This document shows positions 48,408-57,801 of a stretch of DNA of 64,000 nt, in pieces; position 1 is the stretch's first letter, and each line of letters opens with the position of its first letter. Below the pieces are notes generated by a model. It worked only from the letters and a program-made list of their open reading frames with translations. It was not told where the DNA came from and ran no database searches. Made by a program: the position numbers and the translations under genes. The stretch is taken from the NCBI GenBank assembly GCA_021803655.1, contig JAJZLK010000023.1, positions 292 through 64,291 on the forward strand, read 5' to 3'. Source of the DNA: Thermoplasmata archaeon. GTDB lineage: Archaea > Thermoplasmatota > Thermoplasmata > Thermoplasmatales > Thermoplasmataceae.

Positions 48408-50060
48408 TTATTCAAGAATTCCTTTGTGGATCCCAACCACCCTGGAGTGGAGGCCCAATTTTCGCGGAAGGAACAGTCCCCCGTCCATTGTCTTGAGACT
48501 GTCCGATATCTCAGGCCTGAATTCCATCCTTTCCAGAACGTCCCTGTCCAGATCCACTCCCGGTGCGATCTCCATCAGAACAGGGCCGTTTTCCTTGAGC
48601 CTGAATACTGCCCTCTCTGTCACATAGGTAATGTCTTTCTTCTCATTCACTGCAGATCTTCCAGAGAACAGTACCTTGTATGCGTTCTTCACCAGCTTCG
48701 CAGATTCTCCGTCCTTCTTTATAACCAGTTTCCCCCCATTGACCGAAATGGAGGATTTTCCGGCTGTGAACTGCCCGGCAAACACTATGGAGGGGGCGCC
48801 GCTTGCTATTGCCGGAAACCCTCCCGGGCCAGGAGTTCTTCCGGGCAGCATGGACGGGTTCACGTCGCCGTTACTTGCTATCTGCATGAATCCAAGTATT
48901 GCGATATCGATCATTCCGCCTTCATACATGGAAAACTGGTCAGGAAGCGGAATTATGGCAAAGGGGCCGACGGAAACCCCGAAGTCCTCCCCCGTGAGCG
49001 GCGTTCCACCCCATGGTCCGGCCTCTACCGTTGAATAGACGTAGTCCGAGACCCTTTCCTGTTCCAGCACCGTGGGAACCTCTGCGGGTATCCCTACCCC
49101 GAAGTTGGCGATTATCGGCCGGTTCTCCTCCTTCACTCTCCGGATAATCTCCAGTGATGCACGCCGCTGTATGACCGATTTTGGATCCGGTGCACGTGAA
49201 TGGCCGCTTGCATGATTTCTTGGAGGGATAAGCCCTCCTGAGATTCTAGGATCGAACTCAATGGAACCGGTCTGCCATGAATACTCAGAGGGCGCAACGA
49301 TAACGTAGTCTATCAGGGGGCCGGGAACGTGAACAGCCTTTGGGTTGATGGATCCGGTCCTGGCAATTCTCTCTATCTGGCAGAACACCTTTCCCCGTTC
49401 CGGGCATGCTTTGGAGGCCTGTGCGATGGTGAAGACGGACCCGTATATCCCCTCTTTCTCCATGCTGATGTTTCCCATCTCGTCCGACGTCGTTCCTCTA
49501 ATGAGGCTGATTGTTGGCTTCGGAACACTTATAAAAAGGAATTCTTCATTTCTAATGTCCACTGTGTCAACGGTCACCCTCCTCTGCTTCCTGGCTTTTT
49601 CATTAAGCGCTCCTCCATCGTACTGCGGGCTGAGGAAGGTTCCAATCCCCACTCGTGTGAGCAATCCCGGGCGTCCGGCGGACATCTCCCTGAACAGGTG
49701 TGCCATGGTGCCAATACTGCATGTGTAACCCTCGATGAAATCGTCTTCCAGAAGCTGCTGCAGGCACTTGGACCATCCGAGGAAAGGCATGAGCACCCCG
49801 TCAAGGAATTCATTCTTGCCGCTTTCTCTTATCTTCCTGCATATCAGGTCCATTCCGCGTCCAGGTGATCCGGGCAGGCTGTCGGATTCTATGAACAGAT
49901 GTTTAGGATGCCCTGACTTTTCATAGGATTCGTACAGTTTCAGCATAAGGTACTCCGGTGCGGTTGAAATGTTGAAGCCTGAGATTGCAATGGTGCTGCC
50001 GTCTGGTATTTTTCTCATTGCCCTTATGACTTCCGTTTCCCTGAAAAGAAAAAGAGGCAT
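48408..50060 (-). CDS. Family I acyl-CoA:acetate/3-ketoacid CoA-transferase (fused alpha/beta, YdiF-like)
   Basis: 550 aa. N-terminal IPDGSTIAISGF and a two-domain layout with STVEAGPWGG in the second half. Confidence 0.82.
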   Translation of the reverse strand: MPLFLFRETEVIRAMRKIPDGSTIAISGFNISTAPEYLMLKLYESYEKSGHPKHLFIESDSLPGSPGRGMDLICRKIRESGKNEFLDGVLMPFLGWSKCLQQLLEDDFIEGYTCSIGTMAHLFREMSAGRPGLLTRVGIGTFLSPQYDGGALNEKARKQRRVTVDTVDIRNEEFLFISVPKPTISLIRGTTSDEMGNISMEKEGIYGSVFTIAQASKACPERGKVFCQIERIARTGSINPKAVHVPGPLIDYVIVAPSEYSWQTGSIEFDPRISGGLIPPRNHASGHSRAPDPKSVIQRRASLEIIRRVKEENRPIIANFGVGIPAEVPTVLEQERVSDYVYSTVEAGPWGGTPLTGEDFGVSVGPFAIIPLPDQFSMYEGGMIDIAILGFMQIASNGDVNPSMLPGRTPGPGGFPAIASGAPSIVFAGQFTAGKSSISVNGGKLVIKKDGESAKLVKNAYKVLFSGRSAVNEKKDITYVTERAVFRLKENGPVLMEIAPGVDLDRDVLERMEFRPEISDSLKTMDGGLFLPRKLGLHSRVVGIHKGILE

Positions 50061-50148
50061 ATTATGCGATTAACTGGACGGTTAATAACCCTGATACCTC
50101 ATAGATTTGGTAAAACGTTTCTAAAAATAATATGGAAAGAGAGGGGGA

Positions 50149-51801
50149 TCACTCCCCGTATGCCTCTTTCCTGTAGACCCTGATCATCATTCCTGCAAGA
50201 ATGAAGATTATCCCGAGGCCGATTCCATAGAGACTCTGGTTGTAGACTGAGCCGACCGGCAGGAACGATATGAAGATCAGTATTCCGAGTGCGCCGAATC
50301 CCAGTACTGCAGAGACCGGAAACTTCTTTATCCATGGGATTTCCAGCGGTTTCCCGTCCGGAATTATGCCATAGATCACTCCCATGGCGATAGATACTTC
50401 CACCGCCACAGCCGTTGCCATGAGGACAAGGGCAGCAAGGCTTGAACCTGTCACGGAGGCCATCACAGTGGATATGGAAAGCCCAAGGATGAACGCGGTC
50501 AGTCCGGTCATTGCAAGGAGAACCATCAAGGGAATCTCGGTCCGGACGTCCATTCTTCCCTCGCGAACCCTCCCTGCGGTGTAGTAGGAGAGCAGGATAG
50601 CTGCAGCTGCAGGAATGATGAAGAACGCAAGGACCTCTGGCGTGTGCTCCTGTATGTGGGGCGATAAGGCCCCCCACGTGGAGAGGCCGATTAGGTAGAT
50701 TGTTCCGGTTATGGCAAGGGCCACGGTAAGCGGCCTGTCTACCATGCTGAGCGTGGGCTTCCTGTCTATGAACGGAATGAGCAGGAGGTAGAGCAGTGGA
50801 GCTCCGACAAAGATCACTGTTGACCAGAATGGGGTCAGGTTCGTGACGATCGTGAAGTCCAGTTCCTTGTAAACGAATAGAAGGAACCACGGCGGATAGG
50901 ACGGGAATCCGGGTGGAAGTGCAGCGCCGGCGGCAGCCTGCGGGAACGGAGAGAACAGCGGAGGAATGCCGGGGCTTATTGCAAGCAGGGACGGTATGAG
51001 TATCACCGCACCGAATACGATCACCAGGTACTGCATCATGTACATCAGGTTATAGGGAAACCATGGTTTGTAGGTGCCCGGGTCTGTGTCCAGCGCCGGT
51101 GCCCTGTATTTTGCCTCCTTCCTGGATGGCATGATTGTGTTAAATTCCGCTATGAAGAAGTGTATGGCAAACAGGAACCCGACGCCGGCTGCAAGGATGA
51201 TGTGCCATGCGAGCATTGACTGGAACAGGGTCAGGCTGGTCCCGGTTCCGAAGAAAATGGTCCTGACGTAAGTCCCAATGGAAGGCGTACCTCCGGCGAT
51301 TGTCTGTCCGACTCCCACTGCGTCCGCGGCAAGCGCATCCCCGCTCATGGAATAGCCGAAGAAGGACAGGCCGATTGTCATGACAAGGAGGACTATTCCC
51401 GTGATCCACTGTATTTCACGTGGTTTCTTGTACGCACCCACAAAGAGATTTCTCAGGAGGTGAACGTATATCAGGAAGATCATCGCGTAAGCGGCATAAA
51501 GGTGGGTCGTAAGTATGAGGGATCCGAAGGGGACGCTGTTTATGAAACTCTCAGTCGAGACGTACGGATTGGAAGGTTCATAGTATATCAGTATGACAAG
51601 CCCTGTTATGATCTCGTAAATGAACGTGATCATTATCAGGGCGCCGGTCCAGTAAAGGATTCCCCCTTTCTTGCGCATGTAGTCCGGGACTTTCCTCGGT
51701 ATAGGCTGCGGATCGTTGAAGATCCTCACCAGAAGGCTCTCGCTCGAGAACAGTTTTTTCCTGATCTGTCCAGTAATGTTGTACAATGAATAGTTCTTCA
51801 T
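50149..51801 (-). CDS. Cytochrome b (bc-complex type, extended with extra C-terminal TM helices)
   Basis: 550 aa. Two His-x13-His heme-ligand pairs (HLYAAYAMIFLIYVH and HIILAAGVGFLFAIH) and a PREIQW motif. Confidence 0.88.
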   Translation of the reverse strand: MKNYSLYNITGQIRKKLFSSESLLVRIFNDPQPIPRKVPDYMRKKGGILYWTGALIMITFIYEIITGLVILIYYEPSNPYVSTESFINSVPFGSLILTTHLYAAYAMIFLIYVHLLRNLFVGAYKKPREIQWITGIVLLVMTIGLSFFGYSMSGDALAADAVGVGQTIAGGTPSIGTYVRTIFFGTGTSLTLFQSMLAWHIILAAGVGFLFAIHFFIAEFNTIMPSRKEAKYRAPALDTDPGTYKPWFPYNLMYMMQYLVIVFGAVILIPSLLAISPGIPPLFSPFPQAAAGAALPPGFPSYPPWFLLFVYKELDFTIVTNLTPFWSTVIFVGAPLLYLLLIPFIDRKPTLSMVDRPLTVALAITGTIYLIGLSTWGALSPHIQEHTPEVLAFFIIPAAAAILLSYYTAGRVREGRMDVRTEIPLMVLLAMTGLTAFILGLSISTVMASVTGSSLAALVLMATAVAVEVSIAMGVIYGIIPDGKPLEIPWIKKFPVSAVLGFGALGILIFISFLPVGSVYNQSLYGIGLGIIFILAGMMIRVYRKEAYGE

Positions 51802-52529
51802 GCGCTCTGCTCCGTTACGGTTGAGGTGGATGATTTGGCAGCGGTTCCTCCGCTAAGATCGTTCGAATGGTTGAATATGACAGGCCCTATCATGCCTACG
51901 GCCTGGTAGGTGTCCGTAGTGACGTCATAACTCAGTGCCACGTTGGGAAGCGGGCTTCTTGCTGGGGTTGAAACCACGCTGAATCCCTTGTACGGATCAT
52001 ATTGACTTCCATGGCACCCGCACTGTATGAGGCCAGGGTAAGAAGAGGAGGTCGGTGGATAGAACCTGAGCTGGGGGAACAGGCATCCCGCGTGCTGGCA
52101 TATCGCACTGGCAGCAACCACGGATTTGTATGGCCCCACTCCTCCAGGTGAAAGGAAACTTCCGCCGGTATCCGGGATAGAGACTTTCTGTGGTGTTACT
52201 GCCACGTCCTTCCCGGTCTTGTCACCAAGCCTCAGGAGAAAATTCGGTTCGTTGGTAAGTGGATACGGGAAAAGAACACCCAGTGCGCTGTTGATCGGGA
52301 TATCTGCAGTCTTGATCGGAGCGCCGCTGCTGTTAACAAGTGTGAGTGATGGAAAAGTGTTGAGAGCTTGAGGGGGGAGCCTTGCTAGGCTCTGGATCCC
52401 TCCCCTCATGGTTCCGATGGCCGCTGCCCCCACGGCAAATACCATCATCATCTTCAGGAAGGAACGCCTGGACTGGGATTCCAGGCCCTCTTTGCCCTCA
52501 GGAGATTTTACGCTATCTTCTGTTTGCAT
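51798..52529 (-). CDS. Rieske [2Fe-2S] protein with twin-arginine signal
   Basis: 243 aa. Tat motif SRRSFLKM. Cluster boxes CQHAGC and CGCHGS. Overlaps the cytochrome b start by 4 nt. Confidence 0.9.
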   Translation of the reverse strand: MQTEDSVKSPEGKEGLESQSRRSFLKMMMVFAVGAAAIGTMRGGIQSLARLPPQALNTFPSLTLVNSSGAPIKTADIPINSALGVLFPYPLTNEPNFLLRLGDKTGKDVAVTPQKVSIPDTGGSFLSPGGVGPYKSVVAASAICQHAGCLFPQLRFYPPTSSSYPGLIQCGCHGSQYDPYKGFSVVSTPARSPLPNVALSYDVTTDTYQAVGMIGPVIFNHSNDLSGGTAAKSSTSTVTEQSA

Positions 52530-52542
52530 TCCAGTTTCAGCC

Positions 52543-53190
52543 TCAGGATACTGCTACTGTTCCCATCATCCATCCCATTGTTGCCATCGCGCCAGGTCCA
52601 CATGGAACCATGCACTGCCACATGTATGTGCCGGTTGTATTGGCGTAGAACTGGGTAAACTCAAACATCAGGGATCCAATGGGTACATTCATGTTGGAAC
52701 CAGTGCCAAAGAGATTCATTACAGTGAATGTGTGGGCAATATCCGCGATTGCCATGTGATGAATTTGCAAGGCATTCTGGTTTATGGTTATGTTCTTACC
52801 GCCGGTTCCAAGTGTAGCGTTGACCGTTGACGCGTTCAAGCCGTATACCACATTCCCCACTGTGCCGGTTACGTTCAGGTACTGCGCTGGTGTTCCGTCT
52901 CCTGGTCCGGAGTCATAGTCAAGTATCGTCAGGTTGATCAGCCTGTGGGACGGTATTGTGATGTATGCAGATGACTGGAGTACTCCATCGTGATACACGA
53001 AGTATGCGGGCTGGTGCGGATCAGAAGCGTTGTAGTCCAGACCGGGTACTATTACCAGTTCCAGGTTGTACGCTCCACTCGGTGCTGTCGCAGTGTTCGC
53101 AGGAGCGGGATGGTAAAGTGCCACCCCAATTCCGACGCCACCTATGACTACTATTGCCAGTATTATGCTATACAGGGCTTTCTTGTCCAT
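52543..53190 (-). CDS. Membrane-anchored cupredoxin-fold protein, CuA/sulfocyanin-like with a non-canonical ligand loop
   Basis: 215 aa. N-terminal TM, then IAHTFTV ... GTYMWQCMVPCGPGAMATMGWM (a C-x3-C loop without the expected His). First gene of the Rieske/cytochrome b operon. Confidence 0.6.
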   Translation of the reverse strand: MDKKALYSIILAIVVIGGVGIGVALYHPAPANTATAPSGAYNLELVIVPGLDYNASDPHQPAYFVYHDGVLQSSAYITIPSHRLINLTILDYDSGPGDGTPAQYLNVTGTVGNVVYGLNASTVNATLGTGGKNITINQNALQIHHMAIADIAHTFTVMNLFGTGSNMNVPIGSLMFEFTQFYANTTGTYMWQCMVPCGPGAMATMGWMMGTVAVS

Positions 53191-53210
53191 GAAGTTTCAT
53201 AATGTAGGCA

Positions 53211-53219
53211 TATAATAAT
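53211..53219 (-). promoter_or_regulatory. TATA-box candidate of the cupredoxin-Rieske-cytochrome b operon
   Basis: Minus-strand TTATTATAT is centred about 25 nt upstream of ATG 53190, consistent with a leaderless transcript. Confidence 0.45.
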
Positions 53220-53242
53220 CGGATGCCTGACGCGTACGGTTT

Positions 53243-53270
53243 CAAGATACCTCACGGGTACGGTATCTTG
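53243..53270. promoter_or_regulatory. Perfect 9-bp inverted repeat (CAAGATACC-N10-GGTATCTTG), candidate regulator site
   Basis: Read directly from the sequence. Flanked by a GTACGGT direct repeat (53234..40 and 53258..64). Lies in the divergent gap between the respiratory operon and the hydrolase gene. Confidence 0.4.
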
Positions 53271-53355
53271 TTGTAATACCACACAATCTGGCAGTTCGGA
53301 GATCCTGACCGCTATTCGGGAAACTAGATGTACGACCCGGCCATGTCTCAGATCC

Positions 53356-53964
53356 ATGAACCCGGATGCCAGGAATGTGCAGGTGAGCGGAGAGTCCGTG
53401 CGCTATTACTACTACGGAGGCGGGGGAAGTCGCGCCCTCCTTCTGCTTCACGGCTATAACTTCAATTCTCTTGTGTGGAAGGATCTTGCATTCCTTCAGT
53501 GTGCAGTGATCAAAGGTTTCCATGTGATCGCCCTGGATATCCCCGGATTCCCCAACAGCGTTAACCGCTTCCATGCTGATGAGGATCAGGTGTCGGGGAT
53601 CATAGACCGGATCATGTCAACCGAGGGTGTTTCTTCAGTTACTGTAATGGGAGCTAGCGCTGGCGGAACCATTGCCATGTCATATGCCAGGGGAAGTTCT
53701 CGCCCGGTAGATTCCGTGATCCTGGTAGGCGCCGTCGGGCTCGAGGAAGGCGGAATACGGAGCTTTAATTTCCCTCTTCTGGGAATCTGGGGGAGCCTGG
53801 ACAGAATTTCTCCCCCTGATAAGGCAAGAATGCAGTTTCCGGCTTCCGGAGCTTCTCGTTTTGTGGTTCTTGAGGGGGCAGGGCACCCATGCTACCTGGA
53901 CAGGCCGGTAGAGTTTTCTGACGCTGTCTGCAGTTTTCTGGAAGAGATGATCGGCAGATTATGA
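53356..53964 (+). CDS. Alpha/beta-fold hydrolase
   Basis: 202 aa. LLLHGYNF, nucleophile elbow GASAGG, and C-terminal GAGHPCYLD. Confidence 0.75.
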   Translation: MNPDARNVQVSGESVRYYYYGGGGSRALLLLHGYNFNSLVWKDLAFLQCAVIKGFHVIALDIPGFPNSVNRFHADEDQVSGIIDRIMSTEGVSSVTVMGASAGGTIAMSYARGSSRPVDSVILVGAVGLEEGGIRSFNFPLLGIWGSLDRISPPDKARMQFPASGASRFVVLEGAGHPCYLDRPVEFSDAVCSFLEEMIGRL

Positions 53965-54018
53965 CTTCGTCCCGCGGCTAAAGTATGTTGGCTCCCTCTT
54001 TCTATCTCTTCAGGTACT

Positions 54019-54831
54019 TCAGGTGTACTTCCGTCTGGCTATTATCATAACCCTTCTTTTCACCATTGAGTCAGGAGAAGACTCGAGACTTATGGCCTTT
54101 CCTTCCTCCGGGCTCAGTTTGTGGAAGAATTCACTGCAGGCCATCCCTTCCGGTGAATCGATGGTGACAGGATAAAGCCATTGTTCCAGCGACATTCTTT
54201 CCTCGAATACCCTGCATTCTATCACCTCAAAGTGTGATCGATCCATAAGATCCAGCCATTCAGATTTCTTGAGGGCCCCAACGTGAGAATGATCCCTGAG
54301 TTTCTCAAGCCGGTTAAAGAATCCCGTCATATCCCCTTCGGGAACTGCCATGTCCACTATCGCAAGTCTCCCCCCGGTCCTGAGCATCCTCTTTGACTCC
54401 ATGAGGAATCCTTTCTTATCGGTGAAGTGGTGCGCTGCCCTTCTTGTCACAACCAGATCATAGCTTTCCGACGGGAGGTGGGTTCCGGTAACCTCCGCCA
54501 GAACAAAGTCAACATTGTCCAGCTTGTTCTCCGCGCATAATTTCCTCGCGTTTTCAAGCATCTCCGGCGTAATATCCACCGCAGTTACCCTCCTCACCAG
54601 TTTCGCCAGGGCTGCAGCGGTAAATCCCGTACCCGTTGCCATGTCTACAGCGTCTTCCTGCCCGGTAAGTCGAAGGGTCTCTATGAGTATTGAGAGATCC
54701 TGCCCTTTCTTGTGGGACTCGCTTCTTGCATAGTCATCAGCATGCTTCCCGAAAAACTCCCTGATCTTCCCGGAATCCGGTTCATCTCCCATAGTATCGT
54801 GCACCGCCACAGGGATATTATATTTTTGCAC
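54019..54831 (-). CDS. Class I SAM-dependent methyltransferase (Methyltransf_11-like)
   Basis: 270 aa. Motif I VDMATGTGFTA, post-I VTAVDITPEML, and GGRLAIVD. Confidence 0.8.
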   Translation of the reverse strand: MQKYNIPVAVHDTMGDEPDSGKIREFFGKHADDYARSESHKKGQDLSILIETLRLTGQEDAVDMATGTGFTAAALAKLVRRVTAVDITPEMLENARKLCAENKLDNVDFVLAEVTGTHLPSESYDLVVTRRAAHHFTDKKGFLMESKRMLRTGGRLAIVDMAVPEGDMTGFFNRLEKLRDHSHVGALKKSEWLDLMDRSHFEVIECRVFEERMSLEQWLYPVTIDSPEGMACSEFFHKLSPEEGKAISLESSPDSMVKRRVMIIARRKYT

Positions 54832-54925
54832 TTCCCGTGGCTGGAATCACGCGGTTCCCCTGACGTGATCTTGCATCTTTCCTGATCCATGCACCTTTTA
54901 TAGCCCGGTTGCAGTAAAGACTCAT

Positions 54926-55966
54926 ATGTTCAGGAAGGTGAGAAGGCTGAAACGTGGTGACAAAGTGGCTGTGGTCTCCCCAAGCCGGCCCGTTCCTTCA
55001 GTCTTTCCGGCAGTCGCGAAAAAAGGTATCGAGGCGTTGAAGACGTACTTTGACCTGGATCCCGTGGTATTTCCTGGAGCCTGTGCTGGAATTGAGGAGT
55101 CTTACCGGAATCCCCGGATAAGATCGGATGATCTCAACAGAGCGTTCGCGTCAGATGAATTCAGTGCAATATTCTCAACCATAGGCGGAGACGAGTCGAT
55201 CAGGGTGCTTCCCTTCCTGGATAGAAATATAATTTCCGCTTCTCCCAAAGCGTTCATCGGATACTCTGACTGCTCTACCTATCACACCTATCTGAGCAAC
55301 CTTGGTATGTGCTCCCTTCACGGACCAAGCATAATGAGCGGATTTGCACAGGCCGTTAATTTTCCTGACTCCTTTATCGAGTATATTGAAAGAATTCTCT
55401 TCCATGATTCAAGCGGTCTTGAAATGTCAAGGTTTCCATGGTATTCTGAAGGGTATCCGGACTGGCGGGTTCCGGAAAATTCTTCTTTAGTCAAGGAACA
55501 GAAGATCACGGAACCCTGGAAATGGCTCCAGGGCGATTCGATGAAGGGGAGGGTATTTGCAGGCAACGTGGAGGTCCTGGACTGGATGAGAGGTACGCAG
55601 TACTGGCCGTCTCCTGATTTCTGGAATGGCACGCTGCTGTTCCTTGAAACCTCTGAGGAAGTGCCTCCTCCGATAGCCGTGGAGAGGTATCTCAGGCTGT
55701 ACGGAGTTACCGGGATCCTTCAGAGAATAAACGGGCTGGTTTTTGGACGGTTCCGCGGTTATTCGCCTGAGATGATGGAGAGCGTTGAAAAATCCATCCT
55801 CTCTGTTATCAATGTTGAATGGGGGCTCGAAGGCCTGCCGGTAATGCTGGGGTTTGACATGGGACATACCGATCCGCAGTTTCCCGTTCCAATTGGAATA
55901 GAGGCAGAAATTCACAGGAACAGGGACGTGATAAGGATTCTTGAGTCATTCGCTGTCCCTGTGTAG
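54926..55966 (+). CDS. S66-family LD-carboxypeptidase / MccF-like serine peptidase
   Basis: 346 aa. LKRGDKVAVVSPS N-terminus, nucleophile motif GYSDCSTYH, and C-terminal GFDMGHTDPQFPVPIG (His of the triad). Confidence 0.8.
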   Translation: MFRKVRRLKRGDKVAVVSPSRPVPSVFPAVAKKGIEALKTYFDLDPVVFPGACAGIEESYRNPRIRSDDLNRAFASDEFSAIFSTIGGDESIRVLPFLDRNIISASPKAFIGYSDCSTYHTYLSNLGMCSLHGPSIMSGFAQAVNFPDSFIEYIERILFHDSSGLEMSRFPWYSEGYPDWRVPENSSLVKEQKITEPWKWLQGDSMKGRVFAGNVEVLDWMRGTQYWPSPDFWNGTLLFLETSEEVPPPIAVERYLRLYGVTGILQRINGLVFGRFRGYSPEMMESVEKSILSVINVEWGLEGLPVMLGFDMGHTDPQFPVPIGIEAEIHRNRDVIRILESFAVPV

Positions 55967-56866
55967 TCATATTACTGCAACCGGTGATACGGGGGATGCG
56001 GTCGCGCCACGAACGGGTACAGGAGAGCAGACAAACATAAATTCCCTCAGTCCAGCAGCAGCTGCTTCGTCCAGTTTCATGTTGTCAATGAGCCTGAGTC
56101 CATGTCCGGTGATCAGGAACTGGTGCACCGGGAGAAGTGTTCCATTCTCCTCCGGCGGGTTGACTTCCGATGATGGTGTATCAACCCCGGCAATCGCTAT
56201 CTTATTAGCAATCATCCACTTAGAAAGATCCAGGCCGATTCCGCTTGATTTGTTATAGAGTTCCATGAACCTCTCCTTCTCATTCCATAACCTTGATGAC
56301 CCGGTGTAGATGAGAAGAGCATCTCCAGCTCCTGCTGTAATGCCTGCTTCCTTCAATGCTGTTTCCACATCAATTCCGGTGATCGGTCCATACTCTATCA
56401 TGTCAACACCCCTGACAGAGCATATGTCAGCAAGTATTCCCCTTGTCACTATGGGTGGTGTGGTTTCTATTCCCAGTTTCACTGTACCTTTTGGCCCTGT
56501 TCCATTGATTGCGTCAATACCATTGTAAAATTTTCCGTCCCTGGATATGTGATTAAGAGAATCGATGTGAGTGCCGGAATGATCTGAAAGCTCCATTCTT
56601 CCTATGTTGGCTCCTGCCTTATTCTTTGAAACAGGCCTGAATGGTTCATGGTAATCCTGTGGACGAAATGTTGTGGTATAGAAGAATGGACCATGAGACA
56701 GCCTGTATGGCATCTCATCAGAAATAATATGGGAAAGCCTGTACACTCTTCCCTGTCTTACAAGCTGTGATGCTTCAATAACCTTCTTCTCAGTTATGTA
56801 ATTAAGGGTTCCAAGTTCATCCTTTTCACCCCAGACAGATGTTTCCCAGGCAATTTCCTTTTCCAT
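55967..56866 (-). CDS. Cyclase-family protein (kynurenine-formamidase-like, PF04199)
   Basis: 299 aa. Metal-binding motif SDHSGTHIDSLNH. Confidence 0.8.
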   Translation of the reverse strand: MEKEIAWETSVWGEKDELGTLNYITEKKVIEASQLVRQGRVYRLSHIISDEMPYRLSHGPFFYTTTFRPQDYHEPFRPVSKNKAGANIGRMELSDHSGTHIDSLNHISRDGKFYNGIDAINGTGPKGTVKLGIETTPPIVTRGILADICSVRGVDMIEYGPITGIDVETALKEAGITAGAGDALLIYTGSSRLWNEKERFMELYNKSSGIGLDLSKWMIANKIAIAGVDTPSSEVNPPEENGTLLPVHQFLITGHGLRLIDNMKLDEAAAAGLREFMFVCSPVPVRGATASPVSPVAVI

Positions 56867-57015
56867 GCCAGATAAATATAATCTTGGAAATAAGAATTAC
56901 CGGGAGAGGGGACCGCTTCCACTGGAAATTGTATTTCACTTCCAGTTTCTTCACTTACAGTTACTTGAAAGTAGTAGTATATTAATTCTTATCAATATTT
57001 AATATACATACATAC

Positions 57016-57645
57016 TCAAACATACTCGATCATTGGAATGTCCCTGGTTGCAGTGGAAGGATACCCCCCACTCCCTATCATGTCCATAAAAAGTTCATGA
57101 ACCCTTGGATCTTCTGTCAATTCCGGATGGAAAGTAAGGCCGAGGATGTTACCGTCCCGAACCATAACAGGAGAACCGCCATGCTTTGCAAGAACTAATA
57201 CATTCCCCCATCTCTCAATTATCGGTGCTCTTATGAATACTGCATTGAAGGACCCGATACCTTCAATATCAATCTCATCAACAAAAGAATCTCCCTGTCT
57301 TCCATAGGCATTTCTCTTTACATTTACATCAAGAACATTCAATGTTCTGACTCTCTCCCCGGGAATTTCCCTGGAAATCAGTATAAGCCCCGCACATGTA
57401 CCCATCACCGGAAGCCCCTCACCAATTCTTGTTTTCATTGCATCAAACAATCCAAATTCCTTGATCAGTCTGTATATGGTGGTGCTTTCCCCTCCAGGAA
57501 TTATCAGTCCAGAAACGAGTGACAGCGCTTTGACACTTCTCACAAGGAGTACACTGACTTCTCTCTTATACTCATCATTCATTCTCTCGATCAATTCAAC
57601 GTGTTCAGCGACGTCGCCCTGGTAACCAACTATTCCTATGTTCAC
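57016..57645 (-). CDS. pdxT: Pyridoxal 5'-phosphate synthase glutaminase subunit PdxT
   Basis: 209 aa. IGIVGYQGDVAEH, GTCAG (Cys nucleophile), and FHPELT. Confidence 0.9.
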   Translation of the reverse strand: MNIGIVGYQGDVAEHVELIERMNDEYKREVSVLLVRSVKALSLVSGLIIPGGESTTIYRLIKEFGLFDAMKTRIGEGLPVMGTCAGLILISREIPGERVRTLNVLDVNVKRNAYGRQGDSFVDEIDIEGIGSFNAVFIRAPIIERWGNVLVLAKHGGSPVMVRDGNILGLTFHPELTEDPRVHELFMDMIGSGGYPSTATRDIPMIEYV

Positions 57646-57774
57646 TGCAACACAATTAGACAGTTAGAAAATAATCTTTGTATTCTTGTGAACTTTCAAC
57701 GAATAAGCAGTCAATGAACTTGTAATAATAAGCTGAAAACAGAGATTTGTGCGAAAAACGCACCAAAAACATTC

Positions 57775-57781
57775 ATATATA
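57775..57781 (+). promoter_or_regulatory. TATA-box candidate for the second S53 peptidase gene
   Basis: ATATATA is centred about 24 nt upstream of ATG 57802. This argues for a leaderless start at 57802 rather than 57784. Confidence 0.4.
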
Positions 57782-57801
57782 GTATGTGGTTGTATGCGAA
57801 G

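Noticed and set aside
48372-49034. 220-aa and 135-aa plus-strand ORFs.
   Set aside because: Antisense to the CoA-transferase gene, whose frame has clear family motifs.
50099-50890. 263-aa minus-strand ORF in an alternative frame.
   Set aside because: Lies inside the cytochrome b gene in another frame. Its Arg/Gly/His/Pro-rich translation has no motif, whereas the cytochrome b frame carries both His-x13-His heme pairs.
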